In this document: positions 27,701 to 39,700 of the stretch, piece after piece | Layout: each line of letters starts with the position of its first letter | Numbering within the stretch: the first letter of the stretch is position 1 | Origin: Mobula hypostoma | Lineage: Eukaryota | Direction: 5' to 3' | NCBI RefSeq assembly: GCF_963921235.1 | Contig: NC_086097.1 | Location: 49,416,001-49,480,000, forward strand | Length of the DNA: 64,000 bases | Translations under genes and position numbers: made by a program | The notes under the pieces: generated by a model | Databases searched by the model: none | What the model was told of the DNA's origin: nothing | Seen by the model: the letters and a program-made list of their open reading frames with translations, nothing else

Positions 27701-30700
27701 CTGGTGGAAGAAGCTGTCCCAGAGCCTGTTAGTCCTGGTTTCAACACTGCGGTACCGTTTCCAAGATGGTAGCAGTTAGAACAGTTTGTGGTTGGGGTGA
27801 CTTGGGTCTCCAATGATCCTTTGGGCCCAATTTATGCACCTCTCATTGTAACTGTCCTGAATAGTGGGAAGTTTACATCCACAGAAGTGCTGGGCTGTCC
27901 AGAGTCCTGCGATTAAGGGAAGTACAGTTCTCATACAGTGATATAGCCAGTAAGGATGCTCTCAATTGTGCTCCTGTAGAATGTCCTTAGGACTTGGGGA
28001 CTCATGCCGAACTTCTTCAACCATCTGAGGTGAAAGAGGCGCTGTTGTGCTTTTTTCACCACACAGCCGGTATGTACAGACCACGTGAGATCGTCAGTGA
28101 TGCCTATACCAGGGTCGCCAACCTTTTTTGCACCGCGGACCAGTTTAATATTGACAATATTCTTGTGGACCGGCCGACCGAAGGGGTGGTGGGTGTTCAA
28201 GTAGGGTTAAACTCACCTCAACATGTCTTTTACAGTTAGGGTTGCCAACTTTCTCACTCCCAAATAAGGGACAAAAGTAGCAGTCAAATACGGGACACTT
28301 GTGTTTACTCTGAGTAAGACTACCATGACCATGAAGCCTTGCGCAGGCACCTGTGTGCGCATGCGTGCCGATTTTTTTTCCCACAAATCGATTTTGGCTT
28401 AATCTTCCCGACTACACTGTACATACATTATTTCTACTTTATATAGGCTGTGTATTTATCATATAATTCCTGCTTTTACTATATTAGTGTTATTTTAGGT
28501 TTTATGTGTTATTTGGTATGATTTGGTAGGTAATTTTTTAGGTCTGGGAACGCTCAAAAAATTTTTCCCATATAAATTAATGGTAATTGCTTCTTCGCTT
28601 TATGCCATTTCATAGTGTTTCAAAGGTTTCATAGGAATGCTCTACCTTAGTGGGGGAAATATAGCACAAGGGCGGTCCCATACGGGACAAACAAATTTAG
28701 CCCAATATACGGGATGTCCCGGCAAATACGGGACAGTTGGCAACCCTATGTTCAAGGTCGACAGTGCGTGACAGGGAATGAGGAAAGGTGCAGCTGACTC
28801 GTATCGTTTCCTCGTGGTTGGGGACCACTGGTGTATACCAAGGAACTTGAAGCTGTTCACCCTCTCAACCCCAGATCCATTGATGTCAATAAGGGTGAGC
28901 CTATCTCCGTTCCTTCTGAAGTCCACAATTAGCTCCTTTGCTTTTGCAACATAAAGGGAGAGGTGGTTTTCTTGAACTACTGTGTCAGGGTGATGACTTC
29001 TCTGTAGGCTGCCTTGTTATTATTTGAGGTAAAGTCAATCAATGTAGTATCATCTGCAAACTTAATTAGTGGATTGAAGCTGTTGGTGGCTACACAGTCA
29101 TGCGTATACAGAGAATAAAGAAGGGGGCTTAGGACACAGTCCTGGGGGGCTCCTGTGTTGAGGGTCAGAGGGACAGAGGTAAGGAAGCCCACTCTTGCCA
29201 CTTGCCAGCAACCCAACAGGAAGTCCAGGATCCAGCTGCACAAGGCAGGGTGAAGGCTGAGCTCTCTGAGCTTCTTGTCAAGCCTGGAGAGAATTATGGA
29301 GTTGAATGCTGAACTGTAGTCCAAGAACAGCATTCTCACATAAGCATCCCTCCTCTCCAAATGTGTAAGGACAGTGTGTAGAGCTGTGGCTATTGCATCA
29401 TCTGTCAATTGGTTGTGTCAGTAGGCAAATTATAGGGAGTCCAGTGTGGGTGGTGGCATGCGGCAGAGGTAGTCTTTGACCAGCCTCGCAAAGCATTTGC
29501 TTATTATTGAGGTGAGTGCGACAGGACGCCAGTCATTCAGACATGTTACCTTGGTCTTTTTAGGTACAGGGACAATGGTGAGTGTTCTGAAGCAGGGGGA
29601 CACTCTACATTGGGAGACGGAGAGATTAAAAATGTCCGTTGTGCCGTGCACATTCTGAGTACCCTCCCTGGGATGCCGTCTGGTCCCACAGCCTTGTGGC
29701 TGTTCACTCATTGGAAACACCTGCGTACTTCAGCCTCAGAGATGACCAAGGTGCAGGTCGCGTCGGCCACTCTCCTCGGGGGCTCAGTGCTGGCGACATC
29801 AAACCGAGTGTAAAAAAGATTTAGCTCACCTGGGAGTGAGGCAGCAAATTTTGCAGCACTGCTGCGTTTAGCTTTGAATTCTGCAACAGTGTGCAGACCT
29901 TGCCGTAAGCTGCATGTGTTATTGGTGGAGAGTTGTGTCTGGATTTTGTCCCTGTATTGTCACTTCGCTGCCTTGATAACTTTGCGTAGGTCGTAGCTGC
30001 ATTTCCTGAGTTCCTGGTGGTTACCAGTGGCGAAAGCTCTGTCTCACGCATGGAACTGTTGTTCCAGGATTTCTGGTTTGGATAGACCCTGACAGATTTT
30101 TGGGGGACAATGTCCTTGATGCATTTCCGGATGAAGCTCATCACCACTTCTCTCAGCTTGGAGACATCCTCATTATGAAAGACATTCCCGTTGATGTCAT
30201 CAAAGCAGTCCTGCAGCATAGAGACTGATTGGTTGGACCAACAGTGGACGGTTTTGTACATAGGCAAAAGCAAGACAGAGGAGTGGTCAGACTTCCCAAA
30301 TAGTGGACAGAAGAGTGCTTTGTAAGCATTGTGGAAGGGAGAGTAGCAGGGGTCGAGTATGCTATCTCCCCGTGTGCTCACCTGGATGTGTTGACAAAAC
30401 TTCAGAGGGACTTTAGTCAGTAACTCTCAATTAAAGTCTCCAGTGACGATGAAAACAGTCTCCAAGAAGTTTGACATTACAGGAGGCCATGAGGTAATTG
30501 GGTACAAAGTATTGTAGCTGCTTCCTCTTTTTGCCCAACTGCCTTTTTAAAGTTAGGGCCTTCATTTAATTACCTTACAGTGACAACAACATTTCACGAG
30601 GATAAACAGTTTGAAGTAGAATCAGAAAATACTGGAAAAACTTAGCAGGTCAAGCAGTATCTCTGGAAATAAAAATGGCCAATGTTTCAGGTCTGTGTCA

Positions 30701-33700
30701 GAATTCAGATAGATAGATATACAATACGAGTCTGAGGAACACTCCTTCTGGGTATGTGGCTCCATTCCAAACAGTATTGATTTCTTAAAATGTTAAATGG
30801 CATGCTATTTCTTGGTAACGATATTTGAACCATTTCTGCCTTTTTTTCCTGCTGAAAACTAACTTGCATTTCTCTCTAACTGAGGTCTTAGCTTAGATTT
30901 TTAAGGAGCTAGGTGGGAAAAGTTAAAAATCCTTGTATTTCTCCCAGTGCTCTGTGCCGTTGAGAATAAAGATAGGAAAATAAGGAGGATTAATGCTTGA
31001 GCAAAATATATGAAAGCAATATTGAAGAAGGGTTCCATTACGGTTTTTCAAGTAATATCAAAATTGCTTTTTTCTTTGTACCAATGATCTGTATGGAGGC
31101 ATGCCAAACAACGTTTTTCACCATATGACAATAATAAACCCACTATGAAATGTGGCCTAAAAATAGCAAGGACTGGTGCTTAATATACATCAATACTAGC
31201 TGTTTTTAAAAAGATTGGAGCAATCTTTGAGGCACCGCAGTAACGTAGCAGAGGGAGGGGGAGCACCACAGTAGCGAAGCAGTTAGTGCAACACTATTAT
31301 AGATTAGGCCATCAGAAAATGGAGTTCAATCCCAGCATTCTCTGTTCATCCTCCCCACAGAATGAGTGAATTTTCTTCAGGTGCTCCTGTTTCTTCCCAT
31401 GGTCCCAGTTGGATAGGTTAATTGGTCAATGTAATTTGTTCCCTGATAGGGTTAAATTGGGGATGCTAGGTGGTGCAGCTGGAAGGGCCAGAATGGCCTA
31501 TTCCACACTGTATCTCTAAATAGAATAAAATAAAATAAAGAAATAAAGCTGATAATTCCATGGGACTCTGATTTTAAAGTTGTGGACAAGAGATGAAAGG
31601 CAATGTGAGTTAGAACTTATTTTGTTGGATAGGAACTCCAGGGAAATTAATTTAGGGTGGGAAATCTTCTAAACTGATGGGATTGGTTGTATGGGATCCC
31701 CGACCTTGTTTGCAAAAACCAGGTGTTTCATTGTACTTTGAACACATACAGGGTATTAAGGTACTTTTTAAAGTTATTTAAATATTTTCAAGTTGTTTCT
31801 CAATGGCTCAAATCATCAGTTGAAAACAAGTCAAGACCCTTTGACAATGTGTTCCCAATGGGATATGAAAGTAATAAATGCAAAATTAGCTGCCTATCAC
31901 AAAAACAGGGTTATAGTTTACTACGTGGTTCAGATTGCCCATTATTAATGAATGTTACTATACTGTGGATTAGTCACAACTATACTTGATCTATCCTGAT
32001 TCACAAGCCCACTAAACCCACTCTTATTTCAAACAAGTTCCCCAGAAAGAATATTGGTAAAAGGAAACTGGCTTCTACCAAATCAACATAGTCCTGGACA
32101 TTCAGAAACACTCCCAAACTTGCAAAAACAATTAAAAAATTAAAAGTAAATAAAAGCAAAACTCTGAAATTGCAGGCAATCTACTTACTGCAAAATGATC
32201 ACACTCCAACATTAGTTTTCACGACAACAGGAAGCAACTATCTGAAGTTCCTAATTTCCGCAAACTCTTGATTGCAAGTTCCCGGAAGTGCAGACTCTTT
32301 TGGGGAAATTCCAGGCCGTAACACTGTACACATGTTTTCAGCAAAAATATCAGCATATCAGTCTAGAATGGAAGCTGGCTGGCTTTGAAATTTCCCACTT
32401 TCCAAACTCATGGTTAATAAATCCATCAGCCTAATTGCCACCAGGGACTGGAACTTGTAACTTCCTGTTATGCACGATTCAGTTACCCATTAGATACTGA
32501 GCATTAAAAGAGCAACAATGTGGCTCTTAACCATCTGAAAGTCACTTTTCTAAGATTAATTTTGCATGTAATTAAATAAACCTTTACATACATTCAATAG
32601 CATCTGAGTGAATGTGAAAGAATATTTAATTACATGCAAATATAATCTCACCAGGTTCACCTTCACTTTGGTCAAGATTGCTTTAATTAAAGCATTTACT
32701 GGTAGGATGCACAATCTGTTGCTTTGGAGCAGCAGTACAGTACAGAGATAAAATTACCATAAATTACAAAATAGAAAAGAAAGGTATGTCACATCTGGAA
32801 TCTTCCGGTTATCGGACGGTTTCCTTCCACGCCGCTCCGACGTATTGGGAAATAGTGTACGAGGCAAGTTACAGCAGTGGTTTTCCATTGCCTTCTGCCG
32901 AAATTACAGAATAAATAGTCCAAAAAAGGGCAAATGAGGTAGTGTTTATGGACCATTTAGAAATCTGATGGAAGTGGGGTTGGGGGGTGGGGGCGAGAAT
33001 GTGTTTTTCTATCATTGAGTGTGCGTCTTCAGACTTCTGTTCCTACTTCCTGATGGGTAATATGAAGAAGAGGTCATGTCCTGGATGGTGACAGTCCTTA
33101 AAGATGGATGCTGCCTTCTTGAGGCACTGCCTCTTGAAGATGTACTCAATGCTCACAATGGAGGTAGCTGAGTCTGCAGCCCTCTGCAGCCTCTTGTAAT
33201 CCTGTGCATTGGAGCCTCCACACCAAGCTATGATGGAACTAGTCAGAATGCTCTCCACCACACATCTATAGAAACTTGAATGTTTTTGATGACATACCAA
33301 TATCCTCAAACTTCTAATGAAGTAGGGCCACTGGGGTGCTTTCTTTGTGACTGTATCAATGTGTTGGGCTCAGGCCAGATCCCCTGATCTTGGAACTTAA
33401 AGTTGCTCTCCCTTTCCATTACTGACTCCTCAGTGAGGACTGGAACAAATTCTCCCAACTTCCCTTTATTGAAGTCCATAATCAATTCATTGGTCTTGCT
33501 GATGTTGAGTGTGAGGTTGTTGTTGTGACACCACTCAACTAACCAATCTGCCTTACTCCTATATGCCTTCTCATCACCATCTGTATCATGTCAGTGAGAT
33601 CTGAAAGGTAATTGGCCCAATAAGAGTTTCCCAAGTTGAGGAGGGCACTACTAAAGGAACAATGGAGTACACTGCATCCTCCTGATCAGTGCCACCTAGA

Positions 33701-36700
33701 CATCATATAGAGGTAGTTTGGCAAACACGCAGAGGCCTCACACCTAAAAACATTCACTCATCCTGAATTGCAGGTGATTGTTTCAGCCAACTGGTCGTAT
33801 CTGTGCTTCCCCACTGGAAAATAATTCTTCTTTTCCTATTATTAAAGGAAAATAAGCTCAGGAAAGAACAGGTTGCAAAAGCAGAGAAGAGGAAACAAAA
33901 GCTTCAGGAAGAGGAAGCCAAAAGGCAAAAGGGAGAAGATGGACATGTTGGTAAGTAATGAATTGAGTAAATATTTCTGAATTTCTCAATGTCGGGGTCT
34001 ATGTATTGTATTTTAAAATTACGTTTTATCGTGACATTATGTTCCTGTTAAGGCGAAAGGTAAGCCCAAAATGTTTAAGGGAAATTGGCTGATGAGAAAT
34101 ATTGAGGCACTGGTCAAGAAAAAGGAAAAAGCATACACTGGGTTAAGGAGGTTTGGTGACGATAAGAAGAACAAGAATATTCTTAAGAGGGAAATCAGAA
34201 GAACAAAGAAGGGGTATGAGGTGGATCTGGGATGTAAGGTTAAGGAAAGTCCCAAGACATTCAATAGCTATGGTGGCTAGGGAGAGAATAAGTCCCTTCA
34301 GAGATCAGCAAGGTTGCCTAAGTCTCAAGCCACAGGTGATGGGTGGAATTTTTAATGAATATTTCTTCTTAGTGCTTTCTTGAGCAACCATGATTTTCTC
34401 AGTCATAAGGGGAGCAAGAAGAGATGTTTTGGAGGAAATGCATATAAATAGGGAGGAGATATTTACACTTTAAAGACAATAAATCTCCAGTCGCTCATTT
34501 TGTTTGTCATTTAAGAAGGGTAGCAAGGACAAGCCAGGGAACTACAGGCTGGTCAGCCTGACAGAAATAGTGGGGAAGTTACTGCAGGGAATTCTGAGGG
34601 ACAAGATCTAACAGCATTTGGATGGAAAGAATCTGATTAGGATACAGTATTGTTTTGTGCATGGGAAATCACGTTTGGCAAATCTTTTAGAGTTCTTTGA
34701 AGAAGTAGTCAAAAGGATAGATGAGGGTAGGGCAGTGGATCATAAACATGAGAAATTCTGCAGACACAGTACTAGAAGTCCAAAACAACACACACAAACT
34801 GCTGAGGGAACCCAGCAGGTTCGGCAGCATTTAAGAAAATCAATAAGCTGTTGATGCTTCAGGTCAAGAACCTTCAGAACTGGAAAGGAAGGGGAAGATG
34901 ATAGAATGAAAAAGTGGGAGGAGGGGTAGGGAAAGTAAAACGCTGGAGAGGAAGGAATCTGCTAGGAGAGGAGAGTGGACCATAGAAGAAAGGGTAGGAG
35001 GAGAGGACCCAAGGATGGAGGGGTGCTGATAGGTAGGTGAGAAGAGTTAAGGGGCTAGAGTGGGAGAGGGAACATTTTCTCCTTCCATCAAAAAAAAATC
35101 AATATTCATGCCATCAAGTTGGAGGCTACCCAGACGAAATATAAGGTGTCGTTCCTCCATTCTGAGGGTGGCCTTATCATGGCACAAGAGGAGGCTATGG
35201 AATCAGAATTAAAATGTTTGGCCACTGGAAAGCACCTTTTTTGGCAGATGAAGTACAGGTACTCGACAAAGCGGTCCCCCAATTTACCACAGGCTCAACA
35301 ATGTAGAGGAGGCTGCATCAGGAGCACTTGATGACAGCAGCAGATTCACAGGTGAAGTGTCGCCTCTCCTGGAAGGACTGTTTGGGGCCCTGAATGGATG
35401 TGAGGGAGGAGGTGAGTGGGCAGGTGTAGCACTAAGGCAGTGGATGTTGTTTATTTGGTCTTTAGTAAGGCCTTCATCAATGTCCTGCATGGTAGATTGG
35501 TCTGGAAGGTTAGGTTCCGTGGAATCCAGGGTGAGCTAGCCAGGTGGATTCAGACTTGGCTCAGAGTTAGGAAACAGGGGGTGGTGGTTGAAGGTTGTTT
35601 GTTGGAATGGAGGCCGGTGACTAGTGACTAGGATTAGTACTGGGACACTCGTTATTTGTTTTATATATATATGATTTGGAAGTGAATGCACAAGGCTCTT
35701 GATCAGTAAGTTTGCAGATGACATAAATTCAAGAGGATCAGGGGGCAGGAGTGAGTGTAGTTTTTATTACTAAGGAGAACATGCTTGGAAAGCTGAAAGA
35801 TCTTCAGCTACCTCACCCTGGGGTGTAGTCCATTTGGTAAGTCACCTGGACCAAATGGACTACTCCCCAGGGTAGAGGTAGCTGAAGAGATTGTGGAAGT
35901 ATTAAAAATGATCTTACAAGAGTCACTAGATTCCCGAATGGGTTTCAGGAGGCTGAAAACTGCAAATGGCCCTCCACTTTTTGAGAAGGGAAGGAGGTAG
36001 AAAGAAAGTATAGGCAAGTTTGCTTGACCTCAGTGGTTGGGAAGATGTTGGAGTCTGGTATTTCAGGCACATGATAAAGTAGGTCAATCGCTGCATGGTT
36101 TTCTTAGGGGGAAATCTTGCCTGACAAAACTGTTGGGATTCTCTGAGGAAATAATAGATGGGATAGACAAAGCAGGGTCAGCAGATGTTGTTTACTTGAA
36201 TTTTCAGAGGACCATTGCCAAGGTGCCACACATGAGATTGTTTAACAAGGTATGAGCCCATTGTATTACAGAAAAGAAACTAGCATATATAGAAGATTGA
36301 CAGACTGGCAGGAAGCAAGGAATGGGAATAAAAGGGGCTTTTTCTGATTGGCTACCAGTGACTAGAGGTGTTCCACAGTGTTGGTGTTGGAGCCACTTCT
36401 TTTCATGTTGTATGTCAATAATTTAGATGATGTAATTGGCTTTGTGGCCAAGTTTGCTGACAATACAGAAATAGGTGGAGGGACAGGTAGTGTGGAGCAA
36501 GCAGGAAGTCAGCAGAAGGACTTAGATTTGGAGAATGGGCAAAGTGGCAGATGAAACATAGTGTAGGGAAGTACATGATCATGTAATATGGTAGAAAGAA
36601 TAAAGGTACAAAAAAGGCTGGATTTCAACAGGCTTCTAGTCAAGATGGTGCCTGCGTACAACACTCCTACAGTTGACATCTTCTGGGTAGACCACAAAAC

Positions 36701-39700
36701 TATATATTTCACTTCTTATATGTATTTTATGATTGCTTTTCCTCTTGAATGTGATTCTGGAGCTGTTGGAGTCTGTGATTTGCGGTTTGGAGATCAGTTG
36801 AGTATTTCAGTGCTCTGCAGTCTCCAAGAGGATGCCAGGAGACAGAGGCAGAGTGCATGAACTTCATGACGAGAAGGCTATGGGACAGGGCATGGGCCAA
36901 TGTTCAACTCCATTTTGCCAATTGTAGCTTCCGTTGTTTGCTGATTAAAACAACGAGGGAGATAGAAATATCAAAGCAAATGCGGAAGGTGAGGGCCAGC
37001 TGCCTGCTTTTTGATCACTGGTGGGATTGATCTGCTGCCGGAGATGGGAGTGGTTCCCACTGTACCCGGAGAATGTTCCCCAGATTTTCTGCGTTTTGGA
37101 TATGGACTTGGACTATGGACTATTTTTTCAGTCTTATAGTTTTTTATATTCTGTGTTTTTTTTTGTCCGATCTTTCTCGTTTTCTTTTGTGTGAGGAGGA
37201 GGAGGGGGATTCGGGGTCAATGTGCCTGTTCAATTTTTTGTTTTTTTTGTGCGTGGAGGGCGATTTGGGGGTTGATGATTGTGCTGCCACACTTTCTTGG
37301 TTTTGTGGCTATCTGACGAAGAAGAAGAAATTCAGAGTTATATACTTTTATAATAAATGAACATTTGAATTTAAAAAAAATCTGAAGTGGAAAGGGATTT
37401 GGGAGTCCTCTTGCAGGATACACTACAGATTAACTTGCAAACTGAGTTAGTGGTAAGGAAGGCAAATGCAATGCAAGCATTCATTTCAAGAGTACTACAA
37501 TAAAAAGCAAGGAGTACTACAATAAGGCGTTGGTCAGACCACACTTGGGAGTATTGTGAGCACATCTAAGAATGGATGTGCTGACACTGAAGAGGATCCA
37601 GAGGAGGTTGACAAGAATAATTCAGGGAATGAAAGGGTTAATGTGTCAGAGGCATTTATTGAATCCAGGTTTACACTCAGGATCTTTGCTATAGTGGGGG
37701 AGTCTAGGGCCAGAGGAATGTCCATTTAGAACAGAAATGAGAAATAATTTCTTTAACCCAAGGTTACTGAATTCATTGCCACAGATGGCTATGGAGGCCA
37801 AGTCGTTGGGTATATTTAAAGCAGAGCTTGATGGGTTCTTGATTAGTAAGAGTTTCAAAGTTACAGGGAGAAGGCAGGGGAAAGGGGTCAAGAAGGATAA
37901 TAAATCAACCATGATGGAATGGTAGAGCAGACTCAATGAGCCAAATGATCTAATTCTGCTCCTATGTCTCATAGTCTTATGGAAGTAAGGAGGTGTTGTT
38001 GATAGCGAAGAAAATTACCATAGATTATTACAGGAGGATCTTGATTACCTAGGTAAATGAGCTGAGAAATGGCAAATGAATTTCAAGAAAGGTGTGTGGT
38101 GATGCACTTTGTAAAGTCAAACCATCGTGGGGCTTAGGCTATGACTGGTGGGGCACTAAGGAGGATAATCGAATGGGAGGACTGAGGAGGACAAATGCAC
38201 AGTTCATTGAAACCAATGTCACAGGTAGACAGGGTAGTGAAACAAGCTATTTAGCATGCCAGCCTTCATTAGTCAGGGCACTGGGCATATGAGTTGGGAC
38301 ACTATGTTACAGTTGTACAAGTTGTTGTTGAGGCATCACTTGGAGTACTGTATATGTTTTGGTTACCCTATTATTGGAAAGACATAGATTAACCGGAAAG
38401 AGTACAGAAAAGGTTTATGAACATGTTACCAGGACTAGAAGACCTGTGTTATAGGGAGAGGTTGGCCAGGTTAAATCATTCCTTGGAATGCAGGAATATG
38501 ATGAGCAACGATTCAGAAATCTTTAAAATTGTGAAGAGGCATAGAAGGGTGTTTATCCAGAAGATTAAGATGCATGAGATCCATGGTGAATTGGCCATTT
38601 GGATTTAGAACTGGTTGCCCATAGAAGACGGGGCAGTAGTCAAAGGGACTTATTCTACCTAGATGTCTGGGATTAGTGATGTTCTGCAGGGATCTATACT
38701 GGGACTTCTGCTGTTTTTTGATAAACAGATATATGACCTGGATGAAAATGTAGCTAAATGGGTTAATAAGTTTGCAGCCTTGCTGTAATATAACCCTGCC
38801 TCTTTTCAGGTTTTGCCAGACTTTCATTGTTTCTATGTTGCATTAAGATCCCCTCCTTTACTCCCTGTATACCCATGACTGTATCACCACCCACAGCTCC
38901 AACCTGCTAATTAAATTTGCCGACAACACTACATTGGTTGGCCCTATCTCAAACAATAACAAAATAGCCTATAGGGAAGAAGTCATCTCTCTGACACAGT
39001 GGTGTCAAGAAAACAACCTCTCCCTCAATGTCGCAAAAACAGAGGAGCTGGTTGTGGATTACAGGAGGAATGGAGATGAGCTAACCCCTATTGACATCAA
39101 TGGATTTGGGGTTGGGAGGGTAAACAGCTTCAAGTTCCTCGGCATCCACATCACCAAGGACCTCACATGGTCTGTGCACACCAGATGTGTGGTGGAAAAG
39201 GCACAACAGCGCCTCTCACCTCAGACGGTTGAGGAAGTTAGGTATGGGCCCCCAAATCCTAAGAACTTTTTAAAGGGGCACAATTGAGAGCATCCTGACT
39301 GGCTGCATCACTGCTTGGTATGGGAACTGTACTTCCCTTAATCACAGGACTCTGCAGAGAGTGGTGAGGACAACCCAGCGCATCTGTAGTTGTGAGCTTC
39401 CCATGATTCAGGACATTTACAGGGACAGGTGTGTAAAAAGGGCTTGTAGGATTACTGGGGACCCAAGCCATCCCAACCACAATCTATTCTAGCTGCTACC
39501 ATTCGAGAAGCAGTATTGCAGCTTAAAAGCCAGGACCAACAGGCTCCAGGACGACTTCTTCCACCAGGCCATCAGACTGATGAATTCACGCTGATCCGAG
39601 TGTACTCTATATTACATTAACTGTTCTATTTATTATAAATTACTATGATTGCACATTGCACATTTAGACGGAGATGTAACGTAAAGATTTTTACTCATGT

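Larger units (their letters stand above)
27511..30465 (-). mobile_element. Rex1/Babar-type non-LTR retrotransposon, 5'-truncated and frameshifted
   Basis: Minus ORFs: endonuclease end TRGDSILD...GKSDH; RT motifs [52 protein letters not shown]; 3' tail (caatt)n at 27511. Confidence 0.9.
34035..38780 (+). mobile_element. Nested cluster of at least two CR1 copies with secondary insertions
   Basis: CR1 ORF2 remnants in ORFs 34071, 34618, 35416, 36037, 37737 and 38417 ([22 protein letters not shown]). Confidence 0.88.

Noticed and set aside
32785..32900. Possible HDV-like ribozyme in the RTE-like fragment
   Set aside because: I could not build the nested double pseudoknot by eye.
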